Positions 1 to 13,054 of a DNA stretch of 64,000 nucleotides are shown here, piece by piece. Both the position numbers and the translations under genes were made by a program. Under the pieces are notes generated by a model, which saw only the letters and a list, made by a program, of their open reading frames with translations, had not been told where the DNA came from and did no database searches. The DNA is from Stegostoma tigrinum (Eukaryota). Each line of letters opens with the position of its first letter. The stretch's first letter is position 1. Where the stretch lies: assembly GCF_030684315.1 (NCBI RefSeq), contig NC_081395.1, positions 15,141,542 to 15,205,541 on the forward strand, given 5' to 3'.

Positions 1-52
1 CAGGTTGGAGGGCCAAAGGGCCTGTTCCTGTGCCACACTTCTCTTCTCTTTT
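1..52 (+). mobile_element. CR1/HER1 LINE 3' tail fragment
   Basis: ggagggcc.aagggcctgttcctgtgc tail, also seen at 29560-29600. Confidence 0.6.
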
Positions 53-59
53 GGTACAT

Positions 60-423
60 CATTGACTGTATATCAAATGTTAGAGAGATATTAAACAGAG
101 CAGATGAGTCGGCTAGACAGCATTTAAAAGTAGCTCAGCATGTGATGAAACAGGAAGCAGACAAGATCAATATTTTGTAGTTTCACTAGAGGAGATGAAG
201 TGTTAGTATTACCGCCAGTGGTAGGTGAACCTTTAAAAGCAAGATTTAGTGACCATTATCAAATCAAATAGAGATTGAGTGAGGTTAATTATTTGATAGG
301 AACATCAGATGTAAGGAAAACTCACAGAGTATGTTCTGTGAATATGTGAAAATTTTGATAGGGAAGGAAGACAAAAGGAGAACACAACTCAAAGTGAGAA
401 ACCAAATCCAGATGATTCTGAAA
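60..423 (+). mobile_element. Gypsy (Gmr1-like) integrase C-terminal remnant
   Basis: Translates as DCISNVREILNRADESARQHLKVAQHVMKQEADK..GDEVLVL..GEPLKARFSDHYQI..LSEVNYLI..THRVCSVNM, a GPY/F-type module. Confidence 0.7.
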
Positions 424-2366
424 TAAGAGATAACAAGGAGTGGAGCTGATTGAACACAGCAGGCCAAGCAGCATCTTAGGAGCACAAAAGCTGACGTTTC
501 AGGCCGAAACTCTTCATCAGAAATGGGGGAGGGGAAGAGAGTTCTGAAATAAATAGGGAGAGAGGGGGAGGCAGATTGAAGATGGATAGAGGAGAAGGCA
601 GGTGGAGAGGAGACAGACAAGTTAAAGAGGCAGGGATGGAGCCAGTAAAGTAAGTGTAGGTGGGGAGGTAGGGAGGAGATAGGTCAGTCCAGGGAGGACA
701 GACAGGCCAAGGCGGCTGGATGAGGTTAGTAGGTAGGAAATGGGGGTGGGGCTTGAGGGGGAAGGAGGGGATGGGGAGAGGAAAAACAGGTTAGGGAGGT
801 GGGGATGAGTTTGGCTAGTTTTGGGATGCGGTGGGGGGAGGCGAGATTTTGAAGCTTGTGAAATCCACATTGATACCATTGGGCTGCAGGGTTCCCAAGC
901 AGAATATGAGTTGCTGTTCCTGCAGCCTTCAGGTGGTATTGTTGTGGCAGTGCAGGAGGCCCAGGATGGACATGTCGTATGAGGAACGGAAGGGGGAGTT
1001 GAAATGTTTCGCAACCGGGAGGTGCATTTGTTTAGTACAAGTCGAGCATAGGTGCTCTGCAAAGCGGTCTCCAAGCCTCTGCTTGGTTTCCCCGATGTGG
1101 AGGAGGCCACTACGGGTACAGCAGATGCAGTATACTACATTAGCAGATGTATAAGTGAACCTCTGCTTGATGTGGAAAGTCTTCTTGGGGCCTGGGATGG
1201 TGGTGAGAGGGTAGGTGTAGGGGCAGGGGTAGCACTTTCTGCCGTTGCAGGGAAAAGTGCCGGGTGTGGTGGGGCTGGAGGGGAGTGTGGAGCAGACAAG
1301 GAAGTCCAGGAGAGAGTGGTCCCTCTGGAAAGCAGACAAGGGTGGGGAGGGGAAAATGTTTTTGGTGGTGGGGTTGGATTGCAGATGGCGGAAGTGTCGA
1401 AGGATGATGCGTTGGATCCGGAGGTTGGTGGGGTGGTATGTGAGGATGAGGGGGATTCTTGTTTGGTGGTTATTGCGAGGACGGGATGTGAGGGATGAGT
1501 TGTGGGAAGTGCAGGAGACACGGTTGAGGGTGTTCTCAACCACTGTGGTGGAGGGGGGGTGAAATGTTGCGGTTTTTGAAGAAAGAGGACATCTGAGACG
1601 TTCGGGGGTGGAATGCCTCATCCTGGGAGTAGATGCAGCGGAGACAAAGGAATTGGGAATAGGGGATGGAATTTTTGCAGGGAGATGGATGGGATGAGGT
1701 GTATTCTAGGTAGCTGTGGGAGCCGGTGGGCTTGAAAGGGATATCGGTTTCTAGGTAGTTGCCTGACATGGAAACAGAGAGGTCCCGGAAGGTAAGGTAT
1801 GTGTTGGAGATGGTCCAGGTGAACTTAAGGTTGGGGTGGAAGGTGTTAGTGAAGTGGATGAACTGTTCGAGCTCCTCACGGGAGCATGAGGCGGCGCCGA
1901 TACAGTCATCAATGTAACGGAAGAAGAGGTGTGGTTTGGGGCCTGTGTAGGTACGGAAGAGGGACTGTTCCACGTAACCTACAAAGAGGCAGGCATAGCT
2001 TGGGCCCATGCGGGTGCCCATGGCCATCCCCTTTGCCTGTAGGAAGTGGGAGGAATCGAAAGAGAAGTTGTTGAGTTTGGCTAGGCGGATGAGGGTGTCG
2101 GTAGAGGGGGACTGGTCGCACCTACGGGACAGGAAGAAGGGGAGGGCCTTTAGGCCATCTGCATGGGGAATGCAGGTGTATAGGGACTGGACATCCATGG
2201 TAAAACTGAGGTGTTGGGGACTGGGGAATTGGAAGTTCAGGAGTAGGTGGAGGGCATGGGTGGTGTCATGGAGGCAGGTTGGAAGTTCTTGGACCAAGGA
2301 GGAGAAAATGGATTCCAGGTAGGTGGAGATGAGTTCGGTGGGGCAGGAGCAGGTGGAGACGATGGG
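424..2366 (-). mobile_element. Penelope-like element (Neptune type), 5'-truncated RT + GIY-YIG, inserted in the Gypsy
   Basis: DVQSLYT, GMAMGTRMGPSYA and FRYIDD RT motifs; CNGRKCYPC linker; VVYCICC..HIGET..RFAEH endonuclease; pLTR tail at about 424-520. Flanked by ttctgaa at 417-423 and 2367-2373. Confidence 0.92.
491..520 (-). ncRNA. Minimal hammerhead-ribozyme motif in the Penelope pLTR
   Basis: CUGAUGA..GAAACGUC on the element sense strand; stem II is imperfect in this copy. Confidence 0.5.
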
Positions 2367-3515
2367 TTCTGAATTTGACTTTCTGCAAATTAAATTGGAC
2401 AACGAGGAAGTTCTCAAAATTTGGGATAAATTATCATGGTACCTTCCACAGGAAAATAAAAATGTCCTGAAACTGTTTATTACAATCACATGGAGAAATA
2501 TGTGGGAACAAGCTGGGAAGCAGTAAACTGATGATGTATGATGTAGACATGAAAAGTATTTTTCCAATTAGGTAACATCCTTCTCGGTTTATCACTTTAA
2601 AATCAGCACGGGTTCAAAAAGAAATGAAAATCATGCTCACAGAGGAAATAATCAAAGCGCGTTGCAATGAATAAAGTTCACCCACAGTGATGGCATCAAA
2701 ACCAGATTGGTACCCAATGATTCTGTGTGGACGATCGTAAAGTCAATGCAGTTACAAAATCCAATTCATATCATATTCTGCATTTGGAAAACTGTATTGA
2801 GAAGGTGGGGCGCGCAACTTATATTTCTAAGTTGGACTTACTGAGAGGGTACTGCCAGGTACTTTTATTCAAAAGTGTGAAGGAAATTGCAGCTTATGTG
2901 ACACTAAATGGACTTTAGCAGTTTCAAGTCATGACATTTGGTAAAATAAAAAAAGTCTATTTAAAAGACTAATCAATAAGATCATTTCAGGTTACCCAGT
3001 TGTGTGCTGTACATAGATGATCTGGTGATTTTTAGTCAAACGTGGATGGAACAATTGGAGATCTGGTGGAGGTGTTCAGGAGGTGGGCTTGGTGTTAAAC
3101 TTGGCTGAGAGTGATTTCATAAAACCCCAGGCCATGTTCCCAAATCATGATGACTATACGATGACCAATGATGAATAATGTTAGATAAGGACAGATGGCC
3201 CGACAGGGTGTGAAAACAAATGTTGCTGGGAAATTTCCCAGACCATTAATGAAGAGGGATGTACTAAGATTCCTGGCAGTAATGGTTTTTAAATATTTCC
3301 CCTGAATTTTAGCAGAGTGGCTGCTTCACTGACTGACATGTTGAAGAAGCGCAGAAATTTTTGGTGGATGGAGTAATGTCAGAAAACATTTCACAGCTTG
3401 AAAGTTGCGTGGACCACTGCTCTGCTGTTAGCAATACCTAATTACACAAAGCCATTCAAGTTGGATGTCGATGTAAGTGAAGTGGATGTCAGTATTGTGT
3501 TCTTACTAGAAGAAA
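2367..3515 (+). mobile_element. Gypsy RT-RNaseH remnant (continues 60-423)
   Basis: CVDDRKVNAVTKSNSY..SKLDLLRGYCQV..QFQVMTFG; YIDDLVIFS near 3010; PNYTKPFKLDVDVS near 3440. Confidence 0.85.
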
Positions 3516-3519
3516 ATGA

Positions 3520-3672
3520 AAAAGAAATTTGGACAAATATATGGATAGGAAACATTTAGAAGGATATGGATGCATTGCAGGGAAATGGGTTTATCATGAG
3601 TGGACATTTTGGTCAGCACACACCAGTTTGGGCCAAAGGGCCTATTTCCATGCTGTAGGACTCTATGACTCA
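3520..3672 (+). mobile_element. CR1/HER1 LINE 3' end
   Basis: gggccaaagggcctatttccatgctgtaggactctatgactc tail. Confidence 0.7.
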
Positions 3673-3697
3673 ATAAAACAAGAGGATGGAAAGACCT

Positions 3698-6600
3698 GAG
3701 ATAACACGGTGTGAAGCTGGACGAACACAACGGGCCAAGCAGCTTCAGAGGAGCAGGAAAGCTTGATGTTTCAGGTTGGGACCCTCCTTCAGAAATGGGG
3801 GAGGGGAAGGGGATTCTCAAATAAATAGAGAGACGGCAGGGGTGGGGGAGCGTGGATCGAAGATGTATAAAGGAGAAGATAGGGTGAGAGGAGACAGACA
3901 GGCCAAAGAGGCAGAGTTAGAGCCAGTGAAGGTGAAAGTAGGTGGGGAGTTAGTGGGGGGGATAGGTCAGTCCAGGGAGGACGGACAGGTCAGGGGGTAG
4001 GATGAGGTTAGTGGGTAGGGGATGAGGGTGGGGCTTGAGGGGTAGGAATGGTTAGGGAGGTGGGGACTAGCTGGGTTGGTTTTGGCATGTGGTCGGGGGA
4101 GGGGAGATTTTGAAGCTTGTGAAGTCTACATTGGTACCCTTGGGCTGCAGGGTTCCCAAGTGAAATATGAGATGCTGTTCCTGCATCTTTCAGGTGGCAT
4201 CATTGTGGCAATGCAGGAGGCCCAGGATGGACATGTCGTCCGAGGAGTTGGAGGGGGGGAAATGAAATTGCTCGCGACTGGGTGGTGCAGTTATTTGTTG
4301 CGAACAGAGCGTAGGTATTCTGCAAAGTGGTCCCCAGGCCTCTGTTTGGTTTCCCCGATGTAGAGGAGGCCACAATGGGAACTGTGGCTACAGTGTATAA
4401 TATTGACAGATGTGCAGGTGAACATCTGTTTGATGTGAAAAGTCTTCCCAGGACCTGGGATCAGGGTGAGGTATAGGGGCAGGTGTAGCACTAGATTCGG
4501 TTGCAGGGAAAAATGCCGGGTGTGGTGGGGCTGGAGGGGAGTGTGGAGCGGACAAGGAAGTCACGGAGAGAGTGGTCCCTCCAGAAAGCGGATAAGGGCG
4601 GGGAGGGAAAAATGTCTTTGGTGGTGGGTTCGGATTGCAGATGGCAGAAATATCGGAGGATGATGTGTTAGATTTGGAGGTTGGTCGGGTGGTACATGAG
4701 GACGAGGGGGATTCTGTTTTGGTTATTATTGCAAATAGGGGGTGTGAGGGATGAATTGTGGGAAATGCGGGAGACACGGTCGAGGGCATTTTTGATCACT
4801 GTGGAGGGAAAGTTGCGGTTTTTGAAAAAGAAGGACATCTGGGATGTTCGGGAGTGGAATGCCTCATCTCGGGAGTAGATATGGTGGAGGCAAAGGAAGT
4901 GGGATTAGGGAATGGCATTTTTACAGGAAGGTGGGTGAGAGGAGGTGTATTCTGGGTAGTTGTGGGAATCGGTAGGTTTAAAATGGATATCGGTTTCCAG
5001 GTGGATGCCAGAGATGGAGACAGAGAGGTCCAGGAAGGAGAGAGAGGTGTCAGAGATGGTCCAGATAAACTTAAGGTTGGCATGGAAGGTGTTAGTGAAG
5101 TGGATGAACTATTCGAGGTCCTCGTGGGAACACGAGGCAGCGCTGAAACTGTCATCAATGTAACGGAGGAAGAGCTGGGGGATAGGTCCAGTGTAGCTTT
5201 GGAAAAGGGATTGTTCCACGTAACCTACAAAGAGGCAGGCATAGCTTGGGCCCATGCGGGTACCCATGGCCACCCCCTTTGTCTGTGGGAAGTGAGAGGA
5301 ATTAAAGGAGAACTTGTTGAGGGTGAAGGTGAGTTCGGATAAGCGGATGAGGGTGTCAGCGGAGGGGGAACTGGTCAGGTCTGTGGGACAGGAAGAAGCG
5401 GAGAGCTTTTAGGCCATCGTCATGAGGAATGCAAGTGTATAGGGACTAGATGCCCAGACTGAAAATGAGGTGTTGGGGACCGGGGAATTGGAAGTTCTGG
5501 AGGAGGTGGAGGGCGTGGGTGGTGTCATGGACATAGCTGGGGAGTTCCTGGACCAAAGGGGAGAAAATGGAGTCCAGACAGGTAGAGATGAGTTCAGTGG
5601 GGCAGGAGCAGGCGGAGACAATAGGCCTAACACGGCAGGCGGGTTTGTGGATTTTGGGAAGGAGATAGAAGCGGGCGGTGCAGGGTTGGGGAACATTGAG
5701 GTTGGAGGCTGTGGGTGGGAGGTCACCTGAGGTGATGAGGTTGTGGTTGGTTTGGCAGATGATGGTTTGGTGCTCGGGGGTAGGGTCATGATCCAGGGGA
5801 CGGCAGGAGGAGGTGTCAGAGAGCTGGCGTCTGGCCTCAGTAACGTAGAGGTCAGTGCGCTGTACTACAACTGTACCTCCCTTGTCTGTGGGTTTGATGA
5901 TGAGGTTGGGGTTGGAGCAGAGGGCTGCACGTTCTGTGGGGGAGAGGTTGGAGTGGGTGAGAGGGGTGGAGAGGTTGAGGCGATCGTTGTCTCGACAATA
6001 ATTAGAGATAAAGAGGTCGAGGGAGGGTAGGAGGCCTTGGTGTGGTGTTCAGGAGGACGGGGTCCGTTGGAGGCGGGAGAAGGGGTCAGTAGAGGCAGCA
6101 TTAGTTTCACGATTAAAGAAATAAGCACGGAGGCGGAGGCGGCGGAAAAACTGCTCAATATTTGGACAAGAGTTATATTCATCAATGTGTGGGTGGAGGG
6201 GGACAAAGGTGAGCCCCTTACTGAGGACTGACTGTTGGTCCTCAGTAAGGGGTAGGTCTGGGGGGATGGCGACTACTCGGCAGTAATAATACTCTGTATT
6301 ATTATTCTGTCTCGAGATGGTGGCTGTGTAAGCGGTGGGCGGAGTGACGTCAGCAATGGGCGGAGTGTGGTCACTGGTGGGCGGAGCTACGTCAGCTGGC
6401 AAATCGAGAATGTTGATGGAAGTGGCGTCCTCGATGTCTATCTCGGCCTCGGAAACGAAGGTGGCAGCGGCATCAACAGCGTGGATGATGGCGTCGGTTG
6501 TACTGGGCGTGGCATACCGGGTGACAGCAGATGTGGGTGCTCCGAAGGTGGCCACATGGCTAATGGCGGCGGGCACATGGTGGGAAAGGTTCTGTGTTTG

Positions 6601-7035
6601 GTGGCAAGCACCAGTGAGTTTAAAGTACTTTAGGTTTTCACAATCTAATAAAGCCCAATAAAATTGAGATTTCGGGTTGTGGATCTTACGAAGGATAAAA
6701 AAAAGGAGAGGTCCTTTGCAGGTCTGGGAGAGGGAGGCTCTGGGTTGGGGTAGGCTTGATTGGAGTATTTTGAGATGCCAGCACATTGCAGCGAGTGTGT
6801 ATTTCAGGAGTTGCAGTGAGAAATGCTTCTGTGGGAGATCAATGTTCTGATTGTACCGGTCCTCGCGGTTGGAGCCAAATTTGGAAGGTTTAAATGTAGA
6901 CTTTAGTCCATTGAGGATTATCTAGTTCTGTAGGCAGGTACTGAGAAACAAAATGTGGCTGTAGTACTTGGTTTGCTTTAGGATGTGGTCGAGCAGTTTC
7001 AAGACCGCAGAAGGTCGGATGGAAAGGCCTATTGG
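3698..7035 (-). mobile_element. Near full-length Penelope-like element (Neptune type), frameshifted
   Basis: N-terminal YSHILFLSTCL (about 6930-6965), SVLSKGLTFVP..FFRRLRLRAYF, RT and LLYIGETK GIY-YIG fragments. Highly similar to 424-2366 and has the same pLTR tail. Confidence 0.9.
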
Positions 7036-7084
7036 GTACTTATCCCGAAAGTTGAATTTTCAGCCATTGAGAAAGGACATCAAG

Positions 7085-8895
7085 TTTGGTATGGATGTTG
7101 CAACATTTTAACGTGCTCTGAGGGTCAAGGATGTCTTAGGAGTGAAGGAAGAGTGGACCAGGCTGTCTTGGAAGGAACAGTCCCAGTGGCATGCTGACAA
7201 GGAAAGGGAGGAGAATATGTGTCTGGTGGTGGCATCCTGCTGGTTGTAGCATCGAAAAGATGGCTTATGTTTTTTTGTTGTGGATGCTGGTGGGGTGGAA
7301 AGTGAGGTCCAGAAGGACCTTATCAGTGTTCTAGGAATGAAGCGAGATACTGAGGGCAGAAGAGTTGTAAGGTGGATTCATTGGAATGTGTGTGATGGAA
7401 ACAGAGATGCTGGGAGAATGGAGTGGACTCTTTAGAAGAAGGAGGATAGAAGGATATATAGTCCAGGTAACTGTGGAAGTCATTGAGTTTGTAATGGGTG
7501 TCAGTGGTCAGTCTATCCACAGAAATGGAAACAGAAATGTCAAGGAAGGGCAAGGAGAAGTCAGACTAGTTGAACGTAAGAGCAGAGTAGAAATTTGAAG
7601 CAAAATTGGCAATGTTTTTCCAATTCTGGATGAGGGAGGGACGCAGCAGCAGCCATGTCATTGATATACCAGCAAAAGAATAGTGAGCACAGGCCCGAGG
7701 AGGATTAGAATAAGGAATTTTCCAAGAACCACACAGAGATAACTGGGACCCATTTTGGTGCCCATGGCCACACCTTTGACCTGAAGCATGTTAGAGAAGT
7801 TAAAAGAGAATATGTTTAACGTGAGGACAAGTTTAGCCATGTGGAAGAGGGTGGTGGTGAATGCAGACAGGAAGAAGACAGGGAATGGATGTGCAATGGA
7901 TTTCAGGTCCTTGGTGAAAAGGAGGTGGCTGATGCTCGTGAACTGGAAATTCTGAAACTAACTTTTTAAAGTGACAGAAGAATCGCAGGCATGAGTGGGA
8001 AGGGTCTGGACAAGATCAATTTGATTTGGGAATGGATGGATTCTGTGGCAGAAACAAGTGGAAACAGTAGGTCTGTCCATGCATGGTACTGAGTGTGCAC
8101 TTCCAGATGTAGCAAGAATGTCTATCTGAAGAGTGTTGATTATAACAGAGGCATCTGTGATCCTGGGTGGATACCAAACTCAAAGGATGAAATGGGTGGT
8201 GACACTATGCGGAAGGCAGTTACTGAGGAATGTAGATTTCAGGAAGAAGGTGTATGTGTTGGATTGGAGGACTGTGAGCTTGGAGTCTGTGGTGGGGGAA
8301 GGGACGGGGTGGAGCCACTAGACAAAATGAGATGAGTGAGAGTCATGGGCAGAATAGTGTGGTGTTCCATGATGGGGTCACACTCCAGGGGTGATAGGAG
8401 GAGGTGCCCGAGCTGGTGCTCAGCCTCAGAAATGTAGAGATCAGCATGTCAGGCAAGAACAGCACCACCCTAGTTGATAGGCTTGATTAGGATGTCCTGG
8501 TTCGATCTGAGAGCATGGTATGCAGTTAGTTCAGAGGCAGTGGCTCAGTGGTCAGCACTGCAGCCTTACAGCACCAGGGACCTGGGTTCAATCCCAGCCT
8601 CGGGATTGAACCCTCTGTGTAGAGTTTGCACATTCTCCCCATGTCTGCGTGGGTTTTCTCTGGATGCTCTGGTTTCCTCCCAGAATCCAAAGATTTGCAG
8701 GTCAGGTGGATTGGCCATAGGAAATACAGAGTTACAGGAATAGGGTTAGGGGGAATGAGTCTGGGTGGGATGTCATCCAGAGACTCAGTGTGGACTTGTT
8801 GGACCAAATGGCCTGTTTCCATACCGTAGGGAATCTATGGAGATAGGTTTGGGTGGACAAGGATGCTAAGGCAATGCCAAATTGATGGTTGTCAA
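7085..8895 (-). mobile_element. Older, degraded Penelope-like element interrupted by an HE1 SINE
   Basis: PFLDISVSI..TDTHYK..SYLDY and GVAMGTKMGPSY fragments. Confidence 0.8.
8536..8838 (+). mobile_element. HE1-type tRNA-derived SINE
   Basis: A box gtggctcagtgg, B box gggttcaatccc, central gagtttgcacattctcccc domain, CR1-like tail. Confidence 0.85.
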
Positions 8896-9069
8896 TAAAA
8901 TATGTGTGAAAGGACTGAAAGCAAAGCTAACAAACATGGAAACATAGAAAATAGGAGCAGGAGTAGGGCATTTGGTCCTTTGACCCTTGTTCAACAATTT
9001 ATAGTCAAATTTTTGATCAACCAACAAATCTGTTCCTATCCTTTTTTTCCAAATGCTGTTTGATACTTT

Positions 9070-12000
9070 TGGTACTGAGTTTCAATGGACAGTGCAGGAG
9101 GGCCCGCCAGAACCTAAAAATGAGTTGTCAGCCTGGTTAAGTTGCCAAACTTGACTACTTGAATGCCAAACAGCATAAGCAGCGAGTATGGACAGATTTA
9201 AGCCATCCCATAACTAAAGGATTTGCTATCTGCAATTTGCAATCCTGCCACATCCTGTCTCGATTGGTGGTGGACAATTAAATAACTCACTGGAGGAGGA
9301 GGATTCACAAACATTCCCATTCTCAAATGTGGAAAACCCCTTCACATCAGTGCAAAAGAAGAACTTGAAGCATTCGCAGCAGTTATCAGCCAGAAGTAAC
9401 AGAATCACAGAGCTGTACAGCACAGGAACAAACCCTTCCATCCAACATGCCCGTGCAGACCCGATGTCATAAATTAATTTTAGCCCCATTTGCCGGTATT
9501 TGGTAATATCCTTCTAAATCCTTCCTATTCATGCACCCACCTAGATGCTTGCAAATGTTGTGATTGTGCCAGTCTTCCCACTTCCTCTGGCAGTTCATTC
9601 CATACACATACCATCCTCTGCATGAAGAAGTTGCCCCGTAGGTCCCCTTTAAATCTTACCCCTCTCACCTTAAAACTATGCCTTATAGTTTTGGATTCCC
9701 CTACCCTGCGGAAGAAACCTTGGATATTCACACTATCGACACTGCTCATGATTTTATAAATCTCTACTAAGTCTCCCCTCAGGCTCTGACACTCCACGGA
9801 AAATAGTCACAGCTATTCAATCTCTCCCTGTACAACATTCCAACTCTGTCAACATCCTTGTAAACCTATTATGAGTCCTTTAAGATTAAACACATATATC
9901 CTATGGCAGGGACAGCAGAACAAAATGCTGTATTCCAAAAGTGGCCTAATCGATGTCCTGTACAGCCATAACAACTCCTATTATTCAATGCACTGACCAG
10001 TTAAGGTAAGTGTACCAAATGCCTTCTTCACTACCCTGTCTACCTGTGACTCCAATGTCAAGGAACTACAAACCTGTACCACAAGGTCTCTGTTCAGCAA
10101 CAAAGGACCCTACCATTAAATGCATATGTCCTGCCCTTACCAAAATGCAACACCTCACATTTTATAAATTAAACTCCACCTGCCACTCCTCAGTCCATCT
10201 GCCCATCTGATCAAGGTTCCATTATACTCTGAGATAACCTTCCTTATGTCCACTCCCTTACACTTGTGGTGTCATCTGCAAACCTACTGACCATACCTCC
10301 TATATTCACATCTAAATCATTTATATAAATGACAAAAAGCAGTAGATCCAGTACAGCACCTTGTGGCATACAGCTGGCCTCAGGTCCTCTGTCTCCCACC
10401 TTCAAGCCAATTTTGTTTCCAGATGGCTAGCTCTCTCTGGATTCCATGTGATCTAACCTTACTAACCAGGTTAACATGTGGAGCTTTGTCAAACACCTAG
10501 CTGAAGTCCATTTGGGTAATGTCCATCTCCATCTCAGCCTCCTTTGGTGGCCCTCAGCATGATAGATGCCAGTTTCCATTTGACTTGCTCCACATGATAA
10601 CAAGAAATGGTTGGATGAGTTGGATGCTGCAAAGGCTATGGGCCCTGACAACATCACTGCAGTATTACTGATGACTTATTCTCCAAAACCTGCTGCTCTC
10701 CTAGTCAAGCTGATCCAATACAAATACAACACTGGTATCTGCCTGACATTGTTGAAAATTGTCCACATATGCCCTATGTATAAAAAGCAGGACATAGCCT
10801 CTGCCCCAACAGTCTACTCTCAATCAACAGTAAAGTGGTGGAGGGGGGTCATCAGCTGGGCTATTACGCAGCACATGATCAGTAATAACCTGCTCAGTGA
10901 CGCCAGTTTAAATTCTACAAGGGCAACCGTTTCTGACCTCATTACGTGCTTGATGCAAACATGGGCAACAGTGCTGAATTCCAGAGCTGAGGTGAGCCTG
11001 ACAGCCCTTGACATCAAGCCTGCATTCGACTGAATGTGGCATCAAGGAGCCCCAGTAGAATTAGAACCAATGAGAATCAAGGAGAAAACTTAGGTCATTC
11101 TTGGCACATAGGAAGATGGTTGTGTTCATTGGAGATTAGCTGCCTCAACCCCAGAAAATGTCCTGAGCCCAAATATGGTCAGCTGCTTTATCTTCTTCCC
11201 TCCAACATAAGGTCAGACCAGGGGGTGTTTACTATGATTGCACAATGTCAGCATCATTCATGCTAAAGTACACTAAAGTAGTCACTGATCAAAGGCAACA
11301 AGGTCTGGACAAACTTGGGCTGACAAGTGAAAAGTAACATTCATGCCATACAAATGTCAGGAAATGACCATTTCCAACAAGAAACAATCTAACCACCAAC
11401 CCATGACATTCAATGACATTACCATCACTGAATGTTCACTGTCACCATCCTGAGGTCTACCATTGACCAGAGGCTCAAATAGACAAGCCGTATAAATACA
11501 ATAACTACAAAAGCATGTGAGAGGATATGAATGATGTGCTGAGAAACTCACTTTCCAACTCACCAAAGCATGTCCACCATCTGCAAGGCTCAATTCAGGA
11601 ACGTGATGGAATATTCCCAACTTGCCTAGATGGGTGCAGCTCTAACAGCAGTCAACAAACTTAACAACTACCGTGACAAAGCAGCCCACTTGATTGGCAC
11701 CACATTCACAAGTATTCACTCCCTCCACCACTGACCCTCGGGAGCAGCATTGCATACTATCTATGACATGTAGGAACTCAACAAAGATCCTTGAATAGCA
11801 CCTTCCAAATACACAACTGCTTCCATCTGGAAGGACAAGGGCAGCAGACACATGGGAACATCATCACCTACAAGTTCTGCTCAAAGTAGCTCACCATCCT
11901 GACGTGGTAATATATCGCTGTTGCTGGATAAAAATCCTGGAATCCCAATCCTGCGGGCATTGTGGACTGAAGTGGTTCAATAAGGCAGATCACCAATATC

Positions 12001-12070
12001 TTCTGAATGGCAGAAATGATGGACATTAAATGCTGGTCAGCCAGTGACGCCCACACCCCGATAGTGTAAG
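9070..12070 (+). mobile_element. Old CR1/L2-clade LINE (plus strand) split by a minus-strand CR1 at 9396-10535
   Basis: ELDAAKAMGPDNI..ALDIKPAFD RT fragment at 10611-11033 and a family-typical 3' tail at about 11800-12065. Confidence 0.7.
9396..10535 (-). mobile_element. CR1/HER1 LINE 3' part
   Basis: LRGDLVEIYKIM..FFMQRMVCVWNELPEEV ORF2 C-terminus. Confidence 0.85.
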
Positions 12071-12662
12071 AAACTGTGCCCCCACAGTTTCCTATGGTAA
12101 GGAGTTCCACAGACTCACAACCCTCTGAGAGAAGAAATTCCGCCTCACGTCAGTCTTAAATTTGTAGCCATTTCTCCTAAGACGGAGCCCTCTGCTCCTA
12201 CATTATTGTGTCAGGGAAGATATCTTTTTAGCACTTATCCTGTCAAAACAGTTAAGAATCCTATATCTTTCAATCAGATCACCTCTCATTCTTCTAAATT
12301 GCAATGAGCAGAGTCCAAGCTCTTCATATTTTACTCATCAGGCAATCTTTTCATAACAAGGATCACCGCATTCTCCTAACAACCTCCAAATTAAAAAAGA
12401 AAATATCTTTCCTTGAATATGGGGTCAAAAACCTCTTGCTTATTCCTGTGTTAGCATGACTAATGTATGACGAATGATTGCATTGGTTCAGACTATATCC
12501 GTTGCAGATCTGCAGAATAGTGGCAGTATCATGAAAAACCTTTAACATCTGATAAAACTAGTCAGGCTAAATGCAGGAAGAACAAGATTGACGACTGCAG
12601 AATTTAGAACCAGGAGTCACATATAAGAGTCACATATATGAGATTGTCACTAATGGGCAGTA

Positions 12663-12980
12663 GGGCGCCATGGTGGCTCAGTGGTTAGCACTGCAGCCTC
12701 ACAGCACCCGGGACCTGGGCTCAATTCCCAACTCGGGCGACTATCTGTGTGGAGTTTGCACATTCTCCCCGTGTCTGTGTGGGTTTCCTCCGGGTGCTCC
12801 GGTTTCCTCCCACAGTCCAAAGATGTGCAGGGCTAGGTGGATTGGCCATGCTAAATTGCCCGTAGTGTTCAGGGGTGTGTGGGTTATGGGGAATGGGTCT
12901 GGGTGGGATGCTTCAAGGAGCGGTGTGGACTTGTTGGGCCGAAGGGCCTGTTTCCACACTGTAGGGAATCCAATCTAATC
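12663..12980 (+). mobile_element. HE1-type SINE
   Basis: Full A/B box head, conserved body and ctaat tail; about the same sequence as 54767-55093. Confidence 0.9.
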
Positions 12981-13054
12981 ATTTATCACTGCCATCTTCT
13001 CCCCCAGAAGTCACACAACATCTGGTTATAGTCCAACAGGTTTATTTAGGGTCG

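Noticed and set aside
831-6661. Numerous plus-strand ORFs of 60-194 aa
   Set aside because: They are antisense shadows of the Penelope ORFs in purine-rich sequence.
12670-12978. tRNA gene or 102-aa ORF (MVAQWLAL...), likewise 54778-55089
   Set aside because: This is the tRNA-derived head and body of HE1 SINEs; there is no complete cloverleaf and the ORF is incidental.
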